DNA of 64,000 nt from Escherichia phage vB_EcoM-Ro157lw: the sequence record MH051335.1; one strand, written 5' to 3'. The notes under the pieces are model-generated. The model saw nothing but the letters and a program-made list of their open reading frames with translations. It made no database searches and was not told where the DNA came from. Both the position numbers and the translations under genes were made by a program. Of the stretch, positions 55,819 through 64,000 are shown one piece after another (position 1 is the stretch's first letter; every line of letters starts with the position of its first letter).

Positions 55819-56202
55819 ATGAGAATGAAACGTTGTCCGTATTGCCACGATGTGATGCATCTTCCGCATGAAGAGTTCGTGCAGCACATGGCTAATTGCG
55901 ATAAGAATCCTAATAGCGAGAGTCAGCTTGAAGAAAGAATGTTCTTGGTGTCATTCAAGTATTCAGCTTACGATACACAGCCTGCTTATGGTGCACAAAG
56001 TGCTGCTTACAGACCGATGACATTGAGAAGTGACATTGACTCGATGCAGCTTGCGGCCTGGATTAACGTTAAGGAAGGCATCACATGGCACTTTATCGCG
56101 CGCATCCAATCCCAGATTCTACAAATCAAGCGCGAATACAACCGTGACATCACTGAAGTGAAGGTGCTTTCCATTACGCCGATGAATAAGGAGTTGCCGT
56201 GA
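55819..56202 (+). CDS. small zinc-finger-like protein (CPYC...H...C), tandem paralog
   Basis: N-terminus MRMKRCPYCHDVMHLPHEEFVQHMANCDKNPNS aligns residue-by-residue with the previous ORF. Confidence 0.45.
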   Translation: MRMKRCPYCHDVMHLPHEEFVQHMANCDKNPNSESQLEERMFLVSFKYSAYDTQPAYGAQSAAYRPMTLRSDIDSMQLAAWINVKEGITWHFIARIQSQILQIKREYNRDITEVKVLSITPMNKELP

Positions 56203-56513
56203 ACAAGGGTCCGATGACTAAGCTGGCCGTTGCCGCGCGGAAGCTTCGACAAGCCGTTAATGGGTCGCGGCCCGTGGTGTTAACACTCGACGATGCAAAG
56301 GCACTGGTAGAGCTACTCGACGAGCACAACCGACGCAAGAATCTGGAGAACACATTACGCTGGCGCGTCACCCCCAGCAGGGCGGGAGAGCGAGAAGAAA
56401 GCTTACTTGCGACGCAAACTAAGGTCGGTCGGCCTCCACGAAGAGGCGAAGAAGATTTGATTCAAAAAGGTGAGCTAAATGCTTGCCTTTTTATTTGCCT
56501 GTATTATACTTAG
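56199..56513 (+). CDS. hypothetical protein (104 aa); 3' end runs through the 30-bp repeat
   Basis: ORF in six-frame track; true stop uncertain. Confidence 0.3.
   Translation: MNKGPMTKLAVAARKLRQAVNGSRPVVLTLDDAKALVELLDEHNRRKNLENTLRWRVTPSRAGEREESLLATQTKVGRPPRRGEEDLIQKGELNACLFICLYYT
56462..56491 (+). repeat. 30-bp element TCAAAAAGGTGAGCTAAATGCTTGCCTTTT, copy 2
   Basis: Identical to 54922-54951. Confidence 0.7.
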
Positions 56514-56538
56514 TTCATCAAGCAAAGGAGATTTGATT

Positions 56539-56844
56539 ATGAGTACCGAAGCAATGAAGAAAAAGGTTTTGAACGCTTTGCAAGAAGCCGTGAATTGTGG
56601 TGCTATTAAAGCCTTCAAGGAGACTCAAGAAGGCGGTGAGCCAGTATTCTTCTTCAAGAATAAAAAGGACGGCGTTGCAGCAATCATGCTGTTAAAGAAT
56701 AGTGCTGACACATTTATCCTTTGCGTCGGAGGGTATGACCTTATCGTTAATGATGTATTTATCAATTGTGCCGACGGCCTTGACCCTATGTTGACATTTG
56801 AGCGTCGCGCCATCCGTGTTGCGACATTTGGAGGGAAGTTATGA
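56539..56844 (+). CDS. hypothetical protein (101 aa)
   Basis: Strong RBS AAAGGAG before ATG 56539; N-terminal region related to N-terminus of 57301-57804. Confidence 0.4.
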   Translation: MSTEAMKKKVLNALQEAVNCGAIKAFKETQEGGEPVFFFKNKKDGVAAIMLLKNSADTFILCVGGYDLIVNDVFINCADGLDPMLTFERRAIRVATFGGKL

Positions 56845-57134
56845 GACTAAGCCTAGCGCAAATTCAAACATTGTACCGAATGGAAGACGGCACGCCATAC
56901 ATGCTGCGCGGCGACCGCAAGAAGGCTTATGAAAAGCGGCCATCACTGTTCCACGACATCAATGCGCCATCAATCCCTGTCTTATTCCGGTTGGGCCTTG
57001 TTGATTGGGCGGTGCCAGGAGAGAAAGACCCGACGCGCTATTCATCCGTGGTGATGACAAAAGCAGGTCGCGCGGCATTAAAAGAAATTAAAGAGAATAT
57101 GACTGGAGGTAAATATTATGACATCCAACCTTAA
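56841..57134 (+). CDS. hypothetical protein (97 aa)
   Basis: Overlapping stop/start. Confidence 0.4.
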   Translation: MRLSLAQIQTLYRMEDGTPYMLRGDRKKAYEKRPSLFHDINAPSIPVLFRLGLVDWAVPGEKDPTRYSSVVMTKAGRAALKEIKENMTGGKYYDIQP

Positions 57135-57282
57135 AGCCCGTTTATTATTCACCAAGCCGCATGTGCCGTATAAGATTAGCAAGCGCACCTGGCTTAACAT
57201 TTACAACCGCAGCGGCGACCGTTGTTTGTACAAGGCAAAGCGGCGCAAGAAGGTATATTCTTACACGACATCCATCAAATAA
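57118..57282 (+). CDS. small basic protein (54 aa)
   Basis: RBS GGAGG before ATG 57118; Lys/Arg-rich. Confidence 0.3.
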   Translation: MTSNLKARLLFTKPHVPYKISKRTWLNIYNRSGDRCLYKAKRRKKVYSYTTSIK

Positions 57283-57300
57283 GACTAGGAGAAGACAACA

Positions 57301-57804
57301 ATGAAAATCGAACAACTCGAAGCAGTATTGGAAATGGCCGTAAAGGCAGGCGCAATCAAAAGCTATCGCCGCGAGAAGTCTGAGGGTGTTGCGCACTTTT
57401 GTCGCAACTTCTATATCGTCGGCAACCTTAACGACCACTACACCATCGAGTGGTATATCAATATCATGACACTTAAGTCGCGCACCATGGAGCTTTGGTG
57501 CGATGACATCTGCTTATCTAAAACCAATCCATCCTACGACGTTGCATTGGCATTCTATTACGGAAGCCGTCAGCCTGTCGCCCACATAGGCGAGAAGCAT
57601 GAGCATCTTAAGGCACGACCAGAGGAATCAATGGAAGGCTGGATTGAATGGGCTGGAGGAAAGAATCCGGTGCCTGGTAAGAAGGTCATGCTGATGTGGA
57701 GGAATGAAGCAAAGTCGTCGTATTCGTCCAATTCAGAGGGATGGCTATGGCAGCACAACGGAAGCGTTTATGACATCATTGCATATCGCGTCGTGGAGGA
57801 ATAA
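57301..57804 (+). CDS. hypothetical protein (167 aa) sharing C-terminal domain with 59007-59432
   Basis: C-terminus ...W..WAGGKNP..G..V...DIIAYRVVEE aligns with ...WFGGDNPAAGEMV...DIIAYRVVKEG. Confidence 0.45.
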   Translation: MKIEQLEAVLEMAVKAGAIKSYRREKSEGVAHFCRNFYIVGNLNDHYTIEWYINIMTLKSRTMELWCDDICLSKTNPSYDVALAFYYGSRQPVAHIGEKHEHLKARPEESMEGWIEWAGGKNPVPGKKVMLMWRNEAKSSYSSNSEGWLWQHNGSVYDIIAYRVVEE

Positions 57805-58145
57805 TGGAAGAGCAAGAAGGCCGTGAGCTAACTTTCGACGAGCAAATGAAAGAGCTTCAGCGCACATCGCCGCTGCGCGGTAAGGTTATTGACATCGAGG
57901 CGAGCGACTCCAATCTCACCCAGTGGCGTCTCAAATGCATCAGCACAAGCAAGGATATGTTAAGCTTCAAAGTCGGTCAGACTTATTTGCTTTATGAGGC
58001 AAAAGGACTTATTATTGATGGAAGGCAAATTGTCTTCACGGTCGTCAACGGGATGCGTTGGTTCGTGAAGCGTGATGTCGAGGGTCGTGACATGTTTGTC
58101 GCAGGCTTTCCAGAAGCAAGATTCCAATTGGAGAAGGTTAAATGA
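57804..58145 (+). CDS. hypothetical protein (113 aa)
   Basis: Overlapping start. Confidence 0.4.
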   Translation: MEEQEGRELTFDEQMKELQRTSPLRGKVIDIEASDSNLTQWRLKCISTSKDMLSFKVGQTYLLYEAKGLIIDGRQIVFTVVNGMRWFVKRDVEGRDMFVAGFPEARFQLEKVK

Positions 58146-58460
58146 AAACTCTTCACTTGCATGCGCAATCGCTTGCATCTAAGTTTGGATTCATGGACGG
58201 TGACATCGTGTCACTTTTCTGTGAAGAAATAATATTGAATCAGAATTAAAAGATAAGGACTCGCACGACGTTTTAATCAAATTAGTAAGGAAGCACCTTT
58301 TGCCTTTGGTGAGTCATGTTAAGGTATTTGAAATATTAACGATGCACAACCCGATACGCTGTGAAGATGACTTCATTGATGAGATGCGTCACAGCGATGT
58401 TCAAGTTGAAGTGGGCCTTGAAGAAGTGTTACAGTGCATTAAAGAAACGGAGAAATTCGA

Positions 58461-58793
58461 ATGAAATTGAAATGGTACGTGGACCCTGAGCCAACAGGCC
58501 AATACAGGTCATTCCAACGTCGCGGCTGGCCGACTTGTTACAGCGGCAATCCCGATAAAGAAGATTGCGAGCTTCTCGCGCAAATCGTAAGCCTCGACCA
58601 TCACGGCTATGAAGGCCACTACGCGAGAGCAACCAACCTTCGGCTCAAGGTGCGCATCCATTTCAAGGTCGCAGGCGAGGACCGCACCGGACTCTCCAAG
58701 GAAGAGTTCAGCAGCATCGCCGAAGCAAAGGCATGGCTCAAGGCATTCTATAAGAACAACCCTAAATTCTATCCAACTAAGGATGCATCATGA
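58461..58793 (+). CDS. hypothetical protein (110 aa)
   Basis: ORF in early operon. Confidence 0.4.
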   Translation: MKLKWYVDPEPTGQYRSFQRRGWPTCYSGNPDKEDCELLAQIVSLDHHGYEGHYARATNLRLKVRIHFKVAGEDRTGLSKEEFSSIAEAKAWLKAFYKNNPKFYPTKDAS

Positions 58794-59023
58794 CCGATAA
58801 ACAATACGCAGTCGGGCAGCGTGACATCGAGCAACTCGACGAGGGCGGCTATTATACGCGCCACATCTTTGCCATGACGCATGAAGGACTTTACAGCAAG
58901 TCGGACATCGCCGCTGAACTGGCCCACCGTGACTTGCAAATTGACATGTTGCGTATCGCTCTTGAAAAGCAAACGCAAATCGCTATTGAAATTTTGGAGA
59001 AGTTAAATGATACAACGTTATGA
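58790..59023 (+). CDS. hypothetical protein (77 aa)
   Basis: Overlapping start. Confidence 0.4.
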   Translation: MTDKQYAVGQRDIEQLDEGGYYTRHIFAMTHEGLYSKSDIAAELAHRDLQIDMLRIALEKQTQIAIEILEKLNDTTL

Positions 59024-59432
59024 CCTGACATACGATGTGGCGACAGAAGATTTCGACATCACTCCTGTTCCAGAAAGTCACGAAGGACGTTTTGTTGCAT
59101 ATGAGGACTATGCCGCGCTGGAAGCGAAATGCAGTGAAGCGCAACGCGAGTTGGTTGCATTACGCTCACAGGTCCGTGATGCGTCGGCGCTCGTTAAGCA
59201 GTTGCATGACGTTGTTGCTACTATAGGCGTGGATGTTGATGCGCCGAAGGAGGAAGCGTGGACCGTGTGGTTTGGTGGCGATAATCCGGCGGCTGGGGAA
59301 ATGGTTGAATACAAGCTGCGCAATGGAGGAGATAAAGTGCTGTCAAGAATCTCCGACCATCTTCACTGGGGTCATATAGGCGCGTTAAAGGGCAGCGACA
59401 TCATTGCTTATCGGGTCGTTAAGGAGGGGTGA
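59007..59432 (+). CDS. hypothetical protein (141 aa), C-terminal domain paralogous to 57301-57804
   Basis: Shared C-terminal block ending DIIAYRVV. Confidence 0.45.
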   Translation: MIQRYDLTYDVATEDFDITPVPESHEGRFVAYEDYAALEAKCSEAQRELVALRSQVRDASALVKQLHDVVATIGVDVDAPKEEAWTVWFGGDNPAAGEMVEYKLRNGGDKVLSRISDHLHWGHIGALKGSDIIAYRVVKEG

Positions 59433-59968
59433 TGGGTGGCTTTTGGCGTAAATCAAAATACTCTAAAGAGTTGCATTACTTTCTTAAGGGTGAAGGCATA
59501 AGCATTTGCGGAAGATATAAAATGGATGGCAATTCAAATTTGCAAAGTGACAAGAAGACTCACTGGCTGCTCAAGGAAGAGTGCCATGTTTGCCGCGAAA
59601 GGCTAGACAAGAAAACGAAAATGGTCGACTACATAAAGGAGCTTCAAAGCAGGTGCAAAAGTCCGCAGGAGTTCGCCATTGCTCTTTGGGATGATCACCC
59701 TGAATTAAGAAAGGAATGGTTAAAGACTGACGCAATCAACTCTATATTTAAAATGAAATACAGGACCACTGCAAGATATAAAATGGATAGCAAAATAATT
59801 CAGAAGGTATTTTCTTATTGGAGGGATACAGTTGATATCGTGAAAATAAAGAAATACCAAAAGGAAGTGCTGCTGGAATTGGAAAGGATTGGCTATAAAG
59901 TCACCAATAAAATGATAGAGGGAGAGATAAAAAGACGGGCTGACAAAGGATTTATGCCTAAATTATAG
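59429..59968 (+). CDS. hypothetical protein (179 aa) with Cys/His pairs near the N-terminus
   Basis: CGRYK...CHVCRERL; Lys-rich. Confidence 0.4.
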   Translation: MMGGFWRKSKYSKELHYFLKGEGISICGRYKMDGNSNLQSDKKTHWLLKEECHVCRERLDKKTKMVDYIKELQSRCKSPQEFAIALWDDHPELRKEWLKTDAINSIFKMKYRTTARYKMDSKIIQKVFSYWRDTVDIVKIKKYQKEVLLELERIGYKVTNKMIEGEIKRRADKGFMPKL

Positions 59969-60240
59969 TGGATAAAAGAACAATTGTTTACGTGTTTTGA
60001 ATAATGGGATGTGTACAATGGGTCGCTTTACGCGGCCTTTTGTTGTTTTGGTCGTGTTTCTTGATGGAATAATTATGAGGCGATGTTTTATTTATTAATT
60101 GTGCGGAAATATTTAGAAATATATATAAACAGGATTGTTAATATTTTAATAGCGTATGACTATTGGTCCGTGGTGTTTGTTAGGAATTATCTATGGATTG
60201 AAATTTTAGTGTCGTGAAACGTGGTGTTTGAACACATTTG

Positions 60241-60600
60241 ATACGCGTAAAATACGGCTAAAAATTAAGCGTATCATGGCTGCAGGCCGCGCCGTTCCTG
60301 GATTCATCCTTTCCAAATTGGTACACCCTTACGTCATGATACGTCATGGTTTTTTATCCGTATCAGTGTACAGCCCTTGCCGCGCCTGGCTTGTACATTA
60401 ATCTTACGGATGATACGGATAAAACTGGGCATCGTTATATATATAATTTGAAAAATTAATTAACTCCATTTTGAATTAATTTAAATTAATTTTTTCTACA
60501 TCCTCATACTTATGTTAATTTATATATTTAACGTATTATCCGTAAGATATAAGTAAAAACAAAGACTTGCGGCAATACGGATGATACGTCATGATACGCT
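60241..60600. repeat. second iteron-like region: ATCCGTATCA-family repeats flanking an AT-rich core
   Basis: TTATCCGTATCAG, CTTACGGATGATACGGATAAAA, TTATCCGTAAG, ATACGGATGATACGTCATGATACG read directly; AT-rich core 60431-60520. Confidence 0.7.
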
Positions 60601-60826
60601 TCAACCAGCCAGCAGCGGCTAAGTCATTGATTTGCATAACACGCGGCGAAAGGGATGGATTTCTTTTATACGTATCAAACAGTACACCAAGCACCACGGT
60701 CCGCTATTCATTAAGCATTGTGATTTATGTACGTTTACAGCCAATTTGAACATCAATCTGCACTTGAATATAATGTTCAATCATTGTATAATTCACACTA
60801 TTAATTTGCACTATGGGATTTGCACT

Positions 60827-61300
60827 ATGAGTCAAGATTATGTAGCAATGCCTGAAGACTTTGAAGACCCGCGATTTGCAGAGCATAATCAGGCATTATT
60901 CGATGAGTTCATTGACCTTGTTATTCAGGGCCATGACATGCGCGCAGCTTTTGCACTAGTATTTGGCATGGAGGTTGCGACCGATAACTACACTGGCCAG
61001 CGAATCCTCTGCACGCAACGCAATCCGTACTACAAGATGCGCTACAAAAAGCGTATGGAAGAGATGCCATTGAAGGAATTGTGGAGCGTAAAGAGTTCCA
61101 TCCACAATTTAGTGAAGCTTGTGCGTGATCCAGAAGTCGCGGCATCAGCCAAGCTTAATGCCATTCGTGAACTGAATATCATCTACGGCATTACGATGAT
61201 TGATGAAAACGGCAATAGTAAAATGGGCCGTTCCATGGATGATTTCTACAAGGATTTTGGAGAGGCGGCCAAAGAGGGTGAGCAATTCTCCCGCCACTAG
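60827..61300 (+). CDS. hypothetical protein (157 aa); start codon lies inside an ATTTGCACTATG motif
   Basis: ATG 60827 in frame of ORF 60632-61300; no conventional RBS spacing. Confidence 0.4.
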   Translation: MSQDYVAMPEDFEDPRFAEHNQALFDEFIDLVIQGHDMRAAFALVFGMEVATDNYTGQRILCTQRNPYYKMRYKKRMEEMPLKELWSVKSSIHNLVKLVRDPEVAASAKLNAIRELNIIYGITMIDENGNSKMGRSMDDFYKDFGEAAKEGEQFSRH

Positions 61301-61319
61301 CCAATTTGCACTATAAAAC

Positions 61320-61353
61320 GGCCCTAGAACACATTTTCTCCACTTCTAGGGCC
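61320..61353 (+). other. stem-loop GGCCCTAGA...TCTAGGGCC (9-bp stem, 16-nt loop)
   Basis: Perfect inverted repeat directly after the stop at 61300; no U-tract. Confidence 0.3.
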
Positions 61354-61728
61354 ATCGGTAATACGACGGGGAAGGCTGCAACCATAAACGCGTTAGAAAG
61401 TGTATTATTATAAGTCATCTTTTAGTCACTTTACGTAACAATTTACGACCTTCAGCCGTCCAGTCGAACGACTCCACCAGCAGATTTGCACTATAACCTA
61501 AGACGATGCGCCCTTTCTCGTTATCAACCCGCCAACAAGTCTCGAATAGCATTCGATTTGCACTATTAACTATCGCCGCAGCGCGCGTTGGGTAAGCGCA
61601 ATTTGCACTATGGTCGTAAAGGGATAAGGTGCGACCACTTCCGATGGACAACGTAGCGATGAGAATAAGCGTATTCATAAGCCACCAATTTGCACTATGA
61701 AAAGCGACCCCGAAGGGCCGCCATTCGA

Positions 61729-62355
61729 TTAGATGATCTGGAAGGTGTAGGACTTGTTGCCGAACTCAAAGTTTAAGCGCCCAGCTTCCTTGAGCTTCAT
61801 ACGGAAGCGAATGTGCTTGCTATCCGGTAAGCCCAGCGCGGCGAACGCTACGCGGACTGATTTGAACTCGCCTACACCCTCGACCATAACGGCGTTACGC
61901 GTGAGACGCTTTTGCGCCACTTCCTTGTTATCCCAACTTTTTGCAATACCTTCGCTATTCGAACGGCGATGGGAAGGACTGGCAATTTTATCCGCGCCAA
62001 CCGGAGTATCATTCAGGCCGCTCTTGACGAATGCTTCATACTCTTCGTCGGTCATCGCGTCGAGTTCTTCCTGAGTCGGCTCGGCCTTTTTAACGACCGC
62101 ACGCGCCTTATGCGTTTTTACATCGCTGGACACTTCCTCGCACGGCTTCGCGTCTGGAATGGGCGATTCGTTGGACGGCTCATCGAGCGCGTTTAAGGAC
62201 TCGATTAACGCGATGACGCGAGTCTCAGCGGTGCGACGGTCCGCAAACTTCTTAATCGGTTTTGAGCCGGAGTTAGCGTTATAGAACGCAACGAGGTCGG
62301 CGGTCTTAGTTGCGATAACGTCGCCGCTAGTAGAGAAACGATTCAAGCTAACCAT
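61729..62355 (-). CDS. hypothetical protein (208 aa)
   Basis: RBS AGGAG upstream on the minus strand; divergent from the downstream plus-strand genes. Confidence 0.45.
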   Translation of the reverse strand: MVSLNRFSTSGDVIATKTADLVAFYNANSGSKPIKKFADRRTAETRVIALIESLNALDEPSNESPIPDAKPCEEVSSDVKTHKARAVVKKAEPTQEELDAMTDEEYEAFVKSGLNDTPVGADKIASPSHRRSNSEGIAKSWDNKEVAQKRLTRNAVMVEGVGEFKSVRVAFAALGLPDSKHIRFRMKLKEAGRLNFEFGNKSYTFQII

Positions 62356-62496
62356 AATAAACTCCTAGTTTGGGAGCGGCGTTAACGACCTATTCGCTAA
62401 CTCATCCCGTCCCGATATGAGTACATTATAATATAGTGTAGAAAAAAGTAAAGCACTTTTTCGATAAAAATGCGATAAATTATTTTATCTTTTTTC

Positions 62497-62524
62497 TTTA
62501 CTTCTTCGTACACTCGCGTATACT
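62497..62524 (+). promoter_or_regulatory. sigma70-like promoter (TTTACT-16 nt-TATACT), copy 1 of a duplicated promoter-leader module
   Basis: Shares TTCGTACACT spacer core and downstream TTTATATCGAGA with the copy at 62894-62922. Confidence 0.4.
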
Positions 62525-62579
62525 TGTTTATATCGAGACGGGCGATGGCCTTCCTTCTACTAGCATCGGGAGCTTTATT

Positions 62580-62882
62580 ATGACTACTTTAATCTCTTCC
62601 ATCCTTACTTACGACGAAGACCGTTTAACCGTTCGCTCTCTTATCGCCGCCGTTAACGCGGAACTAGAATCCAGCGCCATTAAGGTCCGCGCGGTCGCCT
62701 TCGTCGGCCTCTCCTTCGACGAAATTAAATACGCCGAACGTAGCGCCATCCGCTTCGCGAAGACCGACGACGAAGCCGTCACCCTTATCGAGACGGTTAC
62801 GCCGCGCGACGAAGCGTTAATTATCGTCGAGTATATCGACGTAGAAGGCGATAATGCTTATAAATATTTTATCGCAAAATAA
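62580..62882 (+). CDS. hypothetical protein (100 aa)
   Basis: RBS GGGAG; CG-dinucleotide-rich codon usage distinct from the upstream genome. Confidence 0.45.
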   Translation: MTTLISSILTYDEDRLTVRSLIAAVNAELESSAIKVRAVAFVGLSFDEIKYAERSAIRFAKTDDEAVTLIETVTPRDEALIIVEYIDVEGDNAYKYFIAK

Positions 62883-62893
62883 CGAAAAAGTGC

Positions 62894-62922
62894 TTTACTT
62901 ATTCGTACACTAAGACTATAAT
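62894..62922 (+). promoter_or_regulatory. sigma70-like promoter (TTTACT-17 nt-TATAAT), copy 2
   Basis: Hexamers read directly; same flanking sequence as copy 1. Confidence 0.4.
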
Positions 62923-62989
62923 GTTTTATATCGAGAGGGGATGAGGTAGCGAATAGGTCGCTACCCTCCCGACTAACTAGGAGAATATT

Positions 62990-63280
62990 ATGATTACTTT
63001 ATCCGCTATCCGTTCCGCTCGCGTCGAAACTTCCGAAAACTCTAACGTATTTGGCGAAACCTTAGAGAGCGTTTATCTCTCTAACGTAGACGCGATTATC
63101 GAGTCTATTTATGAGCCGATCAACTTTCTCGACCTTTACAAGTATCGCGACGAGGACATCGTATCCTACCGCGTAACGATTAACGGCTTCGTCTATACGA
63201 TTACCGAAATCGGCGGCGAATATATCGCTGTACCGCAACTCGGCGGCGAAGTAACTTACTTTAAAATCGTAAGCCTTTAA
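62990..63280 (+). CDS. hypothetical protein (96 aa)
   Basis: RBS AGGAG; same leader architecture as 62580-62882. Confidence 0.45.
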   Translation: MITLSAIRSARVETSENSNVFGETLESVYLSNVDAIIESIYEPINFLDLYKYRDEDIVSYRVTINGFVYTITEIGGEYIAVPQLGGEVTYFKIVSL

Positions 63281-63291
63281 GGAGAAGAAAG

Positions 63292-63501
63292 ATGACTAAT
63301 ATGAATAACTCTCTTAACGCGCGCGCCCATCGCACCGCCGTAATCGATATGTTTCGCGAGCTTAAGGAATTATGCGATAATATGAACGCGATGTTATCCA
63401 TCGGCGGCTGGGGATACGAAGAAGAAGTTAAATACGCGGTTATGCGTCGCCGTCGCGATAACGTCCTTGGGCAAATTAAACGCGCCGGATTATTCCTTTA
63501 A
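63292..63501 (+). CDS. hypothetical protein (69 aa)
   Basis: RBS AAGGAG; terminator follows. Confidence 0.4.
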   Translation: MTNMNNSLNARAHRTAVIDMFRELKELCDNMNAMLSIGGWGYEEEVKYAVMRRRRDNVLGQIKRAGLFL

Positions 63502-63527
63502 TTATAATCACCCACCGTTACTAATAG

Positions 63528-63550
63528 GCCGCGCTTAGTCGCGGCTTTTC
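63528..63550 (+). terminator. intrinsic terminator (GCCGCG-CTTAGT-CGCGGC then TTTTCTTCG)
   Basis: 6-bp GC stem plus U-rich tract read directly. Confidence 0.5.
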
Positions 63551-63671
63551 TTCGTCCCTATCTCGATGCGCTTCTCCTCGAAAACTCCTTTATCCTTCCC
63601 TTCTTCGTCGCATAATCTTCGTCGAGATGCGCCTTAGTTCGCATAACAGGTATTACGTTAAATGGAGAACA

Positions 63672-63745
63672 TCGCGTAAGTCGTTGTTTTATATAGACAC
63701 CTATATCGGAACGTTAAGGCGGGTCGCGTAAGTCGTTGTTTTATA
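63672..63745 (+). repeat. two direct copies of TCGCGTAAGTCGTTGTTTTATA spaced 52 bp apart in a non-coding stretch
   Basis: Copies at 63672-63693 and 63724-63745; a further direct repeat AATCATTCGCTTTC occurs at 63871 and 63916. Confidence 0.6.
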
Positions 63746-64000
63746 AAGGCGCAAAACTTTCCCTTCGTTCCGAACTAAAACGAGAAATATGCCGACCCTT
63801 CGCCCGAAAATAGTACGCATGCGAAATTACCGACATCTAGAATAATCCCCACCGATATTATTCTGCGCGCAATCATTCGCTTTCGAACTATTATGCTTCA
63901 TATTATTATGCGTCGAATCATTCGCTTTCTAATTGTAACGCTGGAAACTGTAACGGCGATTGATTATTGCGTTCGTGTGGTTTTTAGGGCATGGGTCTTT

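Larger units (their letters stand above)
60804..61698 (+). repeat. cluster of seven same-strand copies of the 11-mer ATTTGCACTAT
   Basis: Copies start at 60804, 60818, 61304, 61484, 61556, 61601 and 61688. Confidence 0.75.

Noticed and set aside
61415-61678. 87-aa minus-strand ORF inside the ATTTGCACTAT motif cluster
   Set aside because: It spans several repeat copies and lacks a convincing RBS; more likely non-coding regulatory DNA.
1-64000. tRNA, rRNA or other structured RNA genes
   Set aside because: No cloverleaf-like or rRNA-like sequence was recognised in the intergenic regions by eye; manual reading is weak for tRNAs, so tRNAscan-SE or Infernal should be run, especially on 59969-60826 and 63502-64000.
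1-64000. Prophage or lysogeny module (integrase, repressor, attachment site)
   Set aside because: No tyrosine or serine recombinase motifs or repressor/Cro pair were found; gene content is that of a virulent phage.

Overview
This window reads as a near-complete genome segment of a virulent, contractile-tailed dsDNA phage; no integrase, repressor, rRNA, tRNA or CRISPR array was recognised by eye. All calls rest on motif reading and gene order, since no similarity search could be run. Layout: (1) 0.2-0.9 kb, three small minus-strand genes including a two-helix holin-like membrane protein; (2) 1.0-29.6 kb, plus-strand morphogenesis and lysis module: large terminase, portal with an unusual C-terminal inorganic-pyrophosphatase-like extension, head-morphogenesis protein, scaffold, major capsid, head-tail joining proteins, sheath, two paralogous tube-like proteins, tape measure with a lytic-transglycosylase domain, baseplate, two large fibre proteins (one with a His-rich HxH C-terminus) and a GH19-type endolysin; (3) 29.6-47.5 kb, minus-strand replication and nucleotide-metabolism module: ATP-dependent DNA ligase, MazG-like pyrophosphohydrolase, embedded Rz/Rz1-like spanin pair, SSB-like protein, SNF2 helicase, VRR-NUC nuclease, DnaE-like polymerase, DnaQ-like exonuclease, a VOC/SDR/HAD/ThyX/FAD-oxidoreductase cluster, a Lys/Ala/Glu-rich protein and a Dda/RecD-like helicase; (4) 47.6-63.5 kb, plus-strand early region with a putative primase-polymerase, a VirE/D5-like NTPase and about 30 small ORFs of unknown function. 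The most notable observations are an exact 127-bp tandem duplication that splits the polymerase gene (probably an assembly artefact), the pyrophosphatase-like portal extension, two repeat-flanked AT-rich regions 52 kb apart, a cluster of seven ATTTGCACTAT motifs, and the metabolic gene cluster. No single clearly novel system could be assigned from sequence alone.
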